Below, piece by piece: positions 42,223 through 51,428 of a stretch of 64,000 nucleotides of DNA. The position numbers and the translations under genes were made by a program. Below the pieces are notes generated by a model. The model did not search any database, had not been told where the DNA came from, and saw only the letters and a program-made list of their open reading frames with translations. The stretch is from NCBI GenBank assembly GCA_000091205.1, contig AP006484.2; one strand, 5' to 3'. The DNA comes from Cyanidioschyzon merolae. Lineage: Eukaryota. How positions within the stretch are numbered: position 1 is the stretch's first letter; each line of letters begins with the position of its first letter.

Positions 42223-44286
42223 ATGCAGACGATTCCAGGCGACGCGGTCAAGGCCTATGTAGAGGCGGACGAGCTTGATCGCTCGCTCACAACCTGGATA
42301 GAGCAGAGCCTCGCACAACGAAAGAAGCGAACTTTAAGCGCACGCTCTCTTGTCCTCTACGGACCAACAGGTGCGGGAAAACGCACACGGGTGCAGCTGG
42401 CAGCACAGCGTCTGCACCTCCGGGTACACCCGGTGCACTGTGCGGCGCTGGTATCCGCGGACTCGCCTCGCCATGCAGTGAGGAAGCTATGTCACCTTCT
42501 CCGCGATGAAGCAAACGACATCTTATTGCTTGCGGATATCGGCTGGCTGATCGAAAACGCCGTGCCTTCTGGTGCTTCGGACACCAGCTCACCCGACCGA
42601 GCGCTGCTCGGCGACAAGTCCGGAAGATCCGTCTCTCGAAGCGAGCGGAGAACCGTCGCAGATGCAACCCTGGCCAGCAGCGAGTTTCATCTAAAATCCT
42701 GGTTATGGACAGTGCTTTGCACCGAGATGCGATGGCTCGGAACGGATGATGGGGCATCACGTGGCCCGGGAGCGCTGATCATGACTTGCTGGACGCACCT
42801 GCCGTGCTGGGGATGCGTTCAGCAGCCGGTTCCATTGCCCACGTGGCAGCAACGAAAGCAGTATCTTCAGCTTGCTGGAGGACCGGAGCCTCTTGCGGAT
42901 ATCACCCCAGGCTACACCTATGCAGAACTGCATGCGCTTCTCTGGACGCTGCGGATGAGGCACGGCTCGGGAGTCTCGGGTGCTGCTGATACGCACACGA
43001 CTCCAGTGGATGCGCCTGCCTTGCATCGAGGCATCCCGCGGGATGCTTCGGTGCAAGCCTCGGGTCACTGTTCGAAAAAGACCCTCGACAAGACTCTGAA
43101 CATCGAGAAGCAGATGAATCCGGACGAAAACGATTCTGGTGAGGAGACTACGGCGATTGCACCAGCGTTATCGCTCCCAGAGGAATGCCATGTTGAGCGT
43201 GACGCTTCGCATGCCATGCCCCTGGTGTTGTTGGCTTCTCGACAGGCGCGCCCTCGAAAGCAGACAGGCTTGGATGCAGCAACTGCGGACGAGGCTGCGG
43301 CATCCAGGGCGAGCACCGACCCCGATGACTCAAGGGAGGCGCGGGTCCACGCTGGTTGCTGCTGTCAGCACTCAAACGGCGTTGAGGCGGCGCTTGCTAG
43401 GCAACAGAGCGCTGTCGGAGAAGACCTGCTCGACCTGTCGGAAGTTCCGCCACCGGCGATCGTTCGTCAAGTGGGCGCCATCCGCTGGTGGCGACGACCA
43501 GCAGCAAGAACTCGCACCCTGCCTCTCTTTGGGCGCGCGGTGCGAGAAGCGCAGCGAACTGTTCGCCAAGCCCTAGCCGAACACCTTGCCGAGGACACAG
43601 GCAGCGAGCAACGTCACCTGCGTTCCGAGCGGAATGTTCTTGGCATTCTTCTGTACGGAGCAACTGGTAATGGCAAAACACACTTTGCAGAAATGCTAGC
43701 GCATCCCTGGCTGGACTCGGAAGCACATTTTGCGTGGCCTGCGCTAAACATGCTCCCCGTCCAGGCAACAGATATTGTTTCTGCACGTGTTGGAGAGGCT
43801 GAACGAGCGCTGCAGAGCGTCTTGACCGTTTGTGAATCCATGGGAAACTGCGTTCTCTTCATTGATCACATTGAGATGCTGGCGGCAGCGAGAGATGGCC
43901 CTTCGAGCACCCATGGTGTGCATGAGCGCCTCCTCAGCATTCTCCTCCAGTACTTGGATGGTTTCTACGCACGTCGTGGATGCCGTCGTTTTGGTTTTGT
44001 CGTTGCCACCGACGAGCCGAAGCGACTGGATCGAGCGCTCCTGCGACCGGGACGTCTGGATCTGCACATCGAGCTGCCAACACCGGATGCGCTCACTCGG
44101 ATGGAGGCGTTCAAGTACCATCTAAGTCGCGCTATGGACCAGGATGCGTTACCTGCTGACATTGGAGAGCACGCTTCTGCGTTTGCGACGGCAACGAGCG
44201 GTCTCGATATGGCTGGGGTGCGTCAGGCCGCATCCGACTGGGTATGGGATCTCTGTCATGCTACAACGCACTATGTGTCCGCTTGA
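42223..44286 (+). CDS. AAA+ ATPase of 687 aa with two nucleotide-binding modules and no N-domain; the second module is a classic AAA domain
   Basis: Module 1: Walker A 'LYGPTGAGKRT', with a degenerate Walker B 'LLLADIGWL'. Module 2: Walker A 'LYGATGNGKTH', Walker B region 'CVLFIDHIEML', second region of homology and sensor 'FVVATDEPKRLDRALLRPGRLDLHIELPTPD'. The subfamily cannot be assigned by eye. Confidence 0.6.
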   Translation: MQTIPGDAVKAYVEADELDRSLTTWIEQSLAQRKKRTLSARSLVLYGPTGAGKRTRVQLAAQRLHLRVHPVHCAALVSADSPRHAVRKLCHLLRDEANDILLLADIGWLIENAVPSGASDTSSPDRALLGDKSGRSVSRSERRTVADATLASSEFHLKSWLWTVLCTEMRWLGTDDGASRGPGALIMTCWTHLPCWGCVQQPVPLPTWQQRKQYLQLAGGPEPLADITPGYTYAELHALLWTLRMRHGSGVSGAADTHTTPVDAPALHRGIPRDASVQASGHCSKKTLDKTLNIEKQMNPDENDSGEETTAIAPALSLPEECHVERDASHAMPLVLLASRQARPRKQTGLDAATADEAAASRASTDPDDSREARVHAGCCCQHSNGVEAALARQQSAVGEDLLDLSEVPPPAIVRQVGAIRWWRRPAARTRTLPLFGRAVREAQRTVRQALAEHLAEDTGSEQRHLRSERNVLGILLYGATGNGKTHFAEMLAHPWLDSEAHFAWPALNMLPVQATDIVSARVGEAERALQSVLTVCESMGNCVLFIDHIEMLAAARDGPSSTHGVHERLLSILLQYLDGFYARRGCRRFGFVVATDEPKRLDRALLRPGRLDLHIELPTPDALTRMEAFKYHLSRAMDQDALPADIGEHASAFATATSGLDMAGVRQAASDWVWDLCHATTHYVSA

Positions 44287-45508
44287 TACCACGCTGATTC
44301 GCTGCTTTCACTCTATATCTTTGAGGTAAGGGGCAGGCTTCTGTCACGCGGATTCCGCATCCCGCCGGCAAGTAGCCGCTTTGGCAATGGTTGTCCTCGG
44401 TTGCGAGCCATTGTACGTCTGCACTTTGGGTATCTGCCTGTGTGATTTTCTGATGCTTGAACAGGTCACCATTGTGTGCTCGCTTCTGCTGCAAAGATCG
44501 AACGAGCTGTGGAGCAAGAGCGGGTGTCCGCATCGGTTTTGCACAACGGCCATGAACTGGCATCTTTGACGCAATCCACGCACTGGATAGGCATCCACTT
44601 GTGGGTCTAAGTCTTCTGAGACGGACTTGTCGTCGTCGCTGCCATCATGATCATCATACGAATGGACTTGAACAAAGTATCAATTACCTTCGATGAGAGG
44701 TCTTGTTGTTCAGGCGAGTCAAGAGTCGTTTTCACATACCAGTGTGTGTCCCGGATTGCACCATGTTTATCGACATTCGGGAAAGCGTCCGTCATACTCC
44801 ATTACCCAGGCGTGCTGTTCGAGACGGGCTTCTCTACAGCGCTGAACCATAGAAAAAGCGTTTCCATGATGGATGGATACGAGCGGCTCCCGCAGTGCGC
44901 AGCCCATTGAAAAAACTTGCTTGTTTGCGCTCTATGCTTTCTTTTTCGAGCACGAGGTTACAGAGGGCCTCATAACACCCTGGCGTGACGTCGATCCTGG
45001 ATGGAACGCGTTCGGGCTTGGGCGTTGGGTGTTTTGAAGCGGACGAGTGTCTCCAGTCGGTTATCGTCCGTTGGTGCTGGCTGGTGAGGCGGTTTGTTTT
45101 TCTTGTTGCGCCTCTCACGCACGCTGGCACCGTTTGCCTTGCGGTCGAGAGTACGTTCTCGCCTTTGAATGCAACTTGAGTCTTGTAATCAAGTTCTTGG
45201 ACACGACTGTTGAAGCAGTTTGGTTGTCGCAGCTGTCGAACTTGTGCAGTGTCGTCGAGCAGTTCCCCAGTGGCGTTTCCCGCGTATCAAAGGACTGCTG
45301 CTCGAACCTGCGGCTGAAAGAAAGCGTCTGTCGCTTTTCTCACCGAAGACTGTAACCTAGAACCGTTGCCAGAAACAGCATCACCCGCCAGACTTCGAGA
45401 CGGGAGTTGTCACGCACATTGCAGTCGACAGCCAAGGCAACTGCTGCACTGGTGGTCTAGAAGAGACGGTGCAGCGGCCCTGACGCGCTCTTCAAGCTGC
45501 CGACCGCG

Positions 45509-46429
45509 ATGGGAGCTATTGTCAGCCGTCTGCGGAGCGTGCCCGCACCTGCCTCAAGGCTCCAACAGAGCGAAACCAGCAGCGTCTACCGTAGTGGTGG
45601 TAATGGTGGTAATGGTGGTGGTGGTGGTGGTGCTCCGTCAGCAACCGAAATAACGAACCCGACAACAGACACACCAGGGAAGCAGCGTTGGCGGGTTCGC
45701 ACCCCGCCAGAGCGAGCGGCGTTCGTTCACCATATCCTCGTCGACGAGGAGGCAGAGGCGAAACGGCTTTGTGAGCTTCTGCGTCAGCAGGCCGCTCAAG
45801 GCGACAACGCGCTTCGAGAGCGCTTCGAAAGTCTGGCTTATCAGTATTCGCGATGCTCATCTCGTGACCGAGGAGGAACACTGGGCTGGATCCGTCCTCG
45901 AGAAACAACAGCGCTGTTTGACAATGCCATTTTCGAGACAAAGAAGCCTGCTGGGAGCATTGACGTGGTTCAAAGCGAATACGGCTGGCACGTAGTGTGG
46001 ATAGGACAGCGCCTGGAGCAGCAGGCGGCAACGCAGAGCAGTGCCAGTTCGGTACCGTCCACGACGCGCCCGTCCGAGACGCCAACTTCAGCCAGCAGCG
46101 TACCAGGTACTGATTACCTGCGACAGATTGAAAAACTCAGTGCTGCGCTGCATGCTCGACCGATGCCCAACGTTTTCCCGTCGCCAGAGGCGCTTGTCGC
46201 CCAGAGACGACCGCGACCTGAGGGGGCGCTCACCCATGCGCAAGCCCTTAGCATGTTGCTCGCGCATTACCTGGAACCACAGACCTGGTCGGTGGAGGCA
46301 TTAGCGAAAGCGTTTCGAATGGAGGATGCATCGAAGAGAGCGCTGATGGCACGGGCGTTACGAGCGGTGCGGCCCTGGTTGGAAACGCAGACACCCGAAG
46401 GCCTGCGCAGGCATCGGGAACTGTCGTAG
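45509..46429 (+). CDS. Parvulin-type peptidyl-prolyl cis-trans isomerase, Par14/PIN4-like, with a Gly-rich N-terminus and a roughly 130-aa C-terminal extension
   Basis: N-terminus 'GGNGGNGGGGGG'. Rotamase core 'VRTPPERAAFVHHILVDEE...RDRGGTLGWIRPRETTALFDNAIFETKKPAGSIDVVQSEYGWHVVWIGQR', to be compared with Par14 'VRHIL...[21 protein letters not shown]...FGYHIIMVEGRK'. Confidence 0.65.
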   Translation: MGAIVSRLRSVPAPASRLQQSETSSVYRSGGNGGNGGGGGGAPSATEITNPTTDTPGKQRWRVRTPPERAAFVHHILVDEEAEAKRLCELLRQQAAQGDNALRERFESLAYQYSRCSSRDRGGTLGWIRPRETTALFDNAIFETKKPAGSIDVVQSEYGWHVVWIGQRLEQQAATQSSASSVPSTTRPSETPTSASSVPGTDYLRQIEKLSAALHARPMPNVFPSPEALVAQRRPRPEGALTHAQALSMLLAHYLEPQTWSVEALAKAFRMEDASKRALMARALRAVRPWLETQTPEGLRRHRELS

Positions 46430-46949
46430 CACATCGCTACCGGCTGGGGAGCGTGCGAGCGTCCTGGCTCCGTTGCATGCTTACTAGACGCCAGCGAGTA
46501 TGAAGCCGTTCTGTCGAGGCATTTTGTTCGACACGGGACGCGACGCCGGCATCCAAATCTCGCCCAGTGTGCCCAGGATACGGAGCTTTCTGCACCGAGC
46601 GTGCGCATTGCTAGCATTGGAGCACTGGCGCTTTCCCGAATCCGCAGCGTGCAGTGGCTTGCTCGATGGCCAGAGTACCCGTTGAGAGCCTATGCAATGT
46701 GCACTGGCATGTGCTGAAGCACGGAAGCTGAAGCCTTTTTCGCGGTTTCGTCTCTGCATGTCGAAGAGCTGCACAGGAGCACAGCGGGTTGGTACAGGGA
46801 ATGCACCATCGGAAACCTCGGCACAGATATATCCGTAAGCGAGTCGCGAATCATCACCAATAGTCAAAAGGGACATGCTGGGACTGCTTCCTGGTCGAAG
46901 CAAGCGATTAGAGGCAATCTCCCGTGACCGCCTCCTCATGAACCGAATG

Positions 46950-47165
46950 AACCTTTGTAGACGTAGCGTGGATCAACGGGTGTTCTGTGAATACTTTGCG
47001 ATGCTATGTTTTATATCTGTATTTTCTGGTCCTTCATGGACGTTCCGTGGATCGACGGGTGCTCGGTGAACACTTTTGATACGATTGATCCCATATCTGT
47101 ACGTTATGATCCTTGATGGACGTCTCTTGGATCGACGCGCGTCCGGTAAACACCTTTTGGAATCT
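46950..47165 (+). repeat. Degenerate tandem repeat of about 70-75 bp, three units, in the promoter region upstream of the RagC-like gene
   Basis: Three successive units each contain 'tggacgt(t/c)(c/t)c(g/t)tggatcgacg(g/c)g(t/c)g(c/t)(t/c)cggt(g/a)aacac(t/c)ttt' with similar spacing, read directly. Confidence 0.55.
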
Positions 47166-47332
47166 TTTGCGACATTTAGGAATTAAACGAACAGGTCATC
47201 GACTGGGCGTGCCCAGGTCGCCAGCTTCGAATCTCCCTCGTTCTCTTCGGGGTGCTCTCGAATGGACGTTTTTCACGACCCGAATGACCACGTCTCTCTC
47301 CCAGGCGATTAGGACGTATTCACTATCTTCCA

Positions 47333-49777
47333 TTGTCTGGAAGCAATAGAATGGGACCGGCATCGCGCCTTCCGCAGCGTCAGGAGCGCTCGGAGCTTAC
47401 CGCGTCGGCGAGTCTCGAGACGCCGCCGCACGCGACATCAGCGCCACAACCAGTGCAGCGGAGTGCGCCGAAAGCACCGTTACCAGAACGAGTGGAAAGC
47501 CACAGCATTCCTGTTCCGGGTCGCGGTACTCGAGCCTCTCTCAGGGCACGGCTCCTGACACAGCAACTGGAGCGTCGGAGTTTGCAGCCGTCGCCGGAGA
47601 CGCCGCCGCCCACCAGGCCGGGCAGTGTCCCCAACGAAACGGATGCGTTCGTCGCTGGCTCGCCAGCCGCTATCGCACATTCTTATGTAGAATATGCGAC
47701 TAGTTTTGGGCCTTACGGAACTTTAAGTAGGAGCGCTCAGAACGCTTCGAGTTCTCCCGAACAGAGCCTCCCAGAGCGAAACGCGCGTACGCCGCGGCAG
47801 ACACCCGGAGCGCCGTCGTCCGCAAAGGCGCAAGCTCCAGCGAACGATGCGCCGCTTGGGCCAGTTAGAACCGCTTCTCCGCGCTCCCGATCTAGTTCAC
47901 CGCTGTCGAGTTCGGGGCCCGTTGGTATCGACGGCGAGCCTGCGAGCTTGAGCTATCGGAGCAGTCCAAGCACAACGAGAAGCGTCCCCAGCAACGTCGA
48001 TGAGGAGCGTGGTGGTGCTGGTCACCCCAGCCCACACAACCTCTCTATTGAGGATCTGCAGGATATAGCGAGCAACAGGCACCTGTTCCAGCATGCAGCA
48101 TCTGTAGAGGAGGTATTCGCTGACTTGTCCGTAGAAGAGCGGCGGTTTACGGAGCAGCTCGCGTCCCGTCTAGTTGCACCCGCCCTGGAGACCGCATCTG
48201 AATCCGCTGGGCACCCAACGAAGCACTCCAGAACGCTGTCTGACGCAGCGGGTGCAGCATCAACAACAGGGGCGCGTCCCGGAGACCGCTACGGTTTTGA
48301 CAACAACAACAACAACAACAACAAGCCTCGTATTGTGTTCTTAGGCCGAAGAAATTGCGGCAAAACGTCGTTACACTCCGTGGTGTTTCATCAGACCAGC
48401 GCACACGAAACGCTTTTCCTGGAAAGCACATCTAGGATTGTGGCTCATGATGTGACCTACAGCCCGTGGATCTCCTGTCAATTGGTAGATACACCTGGCA
48501 TCGATACTGTCTTCTGGGAGCATGCTTCTAGAGGGGACACTTCCGGTACCGCAGATTCGAGTGGACCAGCCTGCCAAGCGGAGGTAGCCACCGAGGAGCA
48601 CCCCCAGACGCAGCGTGCTCAATTACCGCCTGTTGAATCTTCGACACTGAACGGCGAGAACGCTACCCTATCCGAGTCGTTGAGCACTGAACCTGCTTCG
48701 GTCGTTGTCGTCGACGCAAGTTGCAGGGAGGATCCGCGCGACGCGGCCTCGTGCGAAGCGCTGCCCACGAAGCGGTCCGTTTCCGACCCCGACGAGGCAA
48801 GTCCGTCCATGAGCGCCTCGATACCGACGCAACTCGAGCCTGCTGCTGAGCTGCCTGCTGCGCTGCGCACGCTTCTCGACGCAGCGGATGCACTGGTCTA
48901 CGTTATTGACAGCAGCACCACAGCGGAAGCTTTCGCAGTGGATGAACTGCAGCGGTTATTGGCCTACTGGCGTACACTCTGCAGAACCGGTGACCACAGG
49001 AGCACCCGCTATCCCCACGTCTGGGTCTGTCTGCACAAAGCTGATCTCGCAAATAGCGCAGAGCAGGAGCAGACCGCCGACGCACTTGGCAACTGGGCGA
49101 AAACCGCCGACTTTTGGGATCATTGGTATCAGGCACTTGGGTGCTGTGCCCCGCTCCTACTCCAGAACGACAGTAGACGCAGCCCAGACGACGCTGCGCA
49201 CTCCTTTGAGACGCCTACATCGTGTACCATTGAGGACGTGTGTTTGCAGGTCTGGCGTACAAGCATCTACGACGACTCGTGTGTTCAGAGTATGGCGAAT
49301 CTACTGCGTGCACTGCTGCCGCAACTCTTGCTGCTACAGCGGGACCTTGAAGCATTTGTTCAGGATAGCGGTGTGTCTGGTGCTTTTGTCTTCGACACGT
49401 TCACGCGACTGTGCCTGGCGGAGGTCATCGGCACGGCCGCAGTGTCACGCTACCGAGCGCTGGCTGCCGAATGGACGCTATTGGCTCGCGAGTGGTCCTT
49501 GACTTGGCTCCCTTCGGAGCCGAGCAAGTCCGCATCACTTGTCGATGAAAGCCCGGAGCGATCTGCGGTCCACTGGACTGGTCTGGTGGATGCCCACGGC
49601 GAGCACGCGAGCATGCAGTTATCCAACGGCGATCAACTCTGTACACAAGTGCTTTCGCCGGTGCTTGTGCTCGTCTACGTTCAGGCAGAGGCGTCCTCTG
49701 GCGCTGAACACACCCGATGGCATCCAGGCAAAGCAACTGAAACGTTGGATATGGCCCTTGCGTCGATGCGGACGTGA
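47333..49777 (+). CDS. Rag-family small GTPase, RagC/D / Gtr2-like, of 814 aa with a roughly 310-aa low-complexity N-terminal extension and large internal inserts
   Basis: G-domain: '[42 protein letters not shown]...QLVDTPGID' matches Gtr2/RagC '[37 protein letters not shown]...DFPGQ'. '[15 protein letters not shown]' matches 'ALIYVIDAQDD'. G4 'CLHKADL'. A polyN run, NNNNNNNN, is encoded by (CAA)n at 48295-48320. The C-terminal half is plausibly the roadblock/longin domain. Confidence 0.6.
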   Translation: [814 protein letters not shown]

Positions 49778-51428
49778 TACCTTCGTTGCTCCTAGGTCGT
49801 GGTGCCTCCTGCTTGGCTTTCGGACGCTCCACGACACGCAGGTCCGTTAAAAATGGAACAATAAACGACTCGCTGTGCTTCAGGTTGTCGACTGTTGTCC
49901 CAGGTTGGTAGCGATGTTCTGGCTCGAAATTCGAATCGGGCAATAAGGGCGTACCGATGCATACTTTGGATGCTTGCTCGGCTAGTCGGGGAGACCGCTT
50001 CGACACTTTGCCACTGGGGTTCCTGACGAAATCGGAAACCAGATGACATCACGATGTCATCAAAGAGGCGCTATCTTTACGCAATGCATAAGTACATGAC
50101 ACAATTATTTTTGTTTCGTTAAGGGTGACATGATAATACCACGCCATGTTCAATCTTTCAATTGCTCGGTTTTCGTGGCATCGTGGGGGCACAGCAACGC
50201 CTGAAGCTGGAATACCGAGGATAATGCCCTACGTCGTCTCTCGATGCCTTGATCATGAGCCTATGTATAGCGTTTTCTGGAATTGTTCCGTCCAGTGCTC
50301 GATTCCGTCTGAACACACGCACAACCATACATAGATATTGCTGCACGCGTTGTTGTCACTGGCGGAACCGCACGTCACAACGGTTTGGTGCCGCGCACGG
50401 CACCTGCTCACAGCGGCTTCCGTCGCTTCTCTCGGCATAGAAAAGGGTATCGGACGCGTGCTCTATATATCGCAGTGATCACTTCCAGTGGAAGGTGCGT
50501 CATCGGTCCGCACGTATAAAGTGCAGTCGAATCGGAATTTCTCGATTTGTTCTCCGGCCTGGATTTGGCTCTTACGACATTTGATTCGTCATGGACTGCA
50601 TCCGCTTCCATATATCCGCAATGAAATGGAACAGCACGTGCTTATGTGTGCAGCAGACAGCCTACTCGCCGAGAAGATCGCCCTGAAGAAGCCTGTGGTC
50701 GTCGGGCATGGCACCGGATTCGGGCACCGATAAGCGCATCGAGTGGAGCGTTTCGTACGCGTTACGAGCACATACTAGGTGAAAAGGAAAGCCTCCTAGT
50801 GCCACGAGGCAGCGCTCAGATGCGGCGGTTTGGTGAACGTCTAGGAACGCACGACCATAGCCAAGCGTCACTGATGCAAACGCTGCAGCGCGGCTGCATA
50901 CAGAGGAGATGAAAAGGGCAAGCAAAGCGTAGATCGCAGCTTTTGCCTGTCCACGAATTGCTTGAACAACCATCGGAAACTGCCAAGTCGGTGCTTTCAC
51001 ACAGCAACCAGGATTCTTCGACTGCTGACAACAAAGCTTTCGAGCCAGGAGAGACTGGCATACTTCAAGGCGGTGATCCTCGAGCGAGACAGAGAGCAAA
51101 AGGATGCGATGGCAGAAAAGGGCCTTTCAGGCTGGTGTTGGTGACCACGGGAAAACGATTCTAACCTTCGTATGTACGCGCGAGTGGACTTGCTGGACCC
51201 GTTTCATTCTATTCCGAAATGAATAGACCAAGACGAGAACGCCACGTGCACGCTGTGAGCGACGGCAGCGCGGCGTGTAGCTTTCCTTTGGACTAGACGA
51301 TCAGCCAGGAGGAGCGATTTCACTAACGTGGGCATGATCACCATATTTCATCACCTCTTTCGAGCCGAAGACCCCAGCTGGAACCCGCCTATCTGCTCCA
51401 GGAGCACCAGGTACCCGGTTTCCGATCC

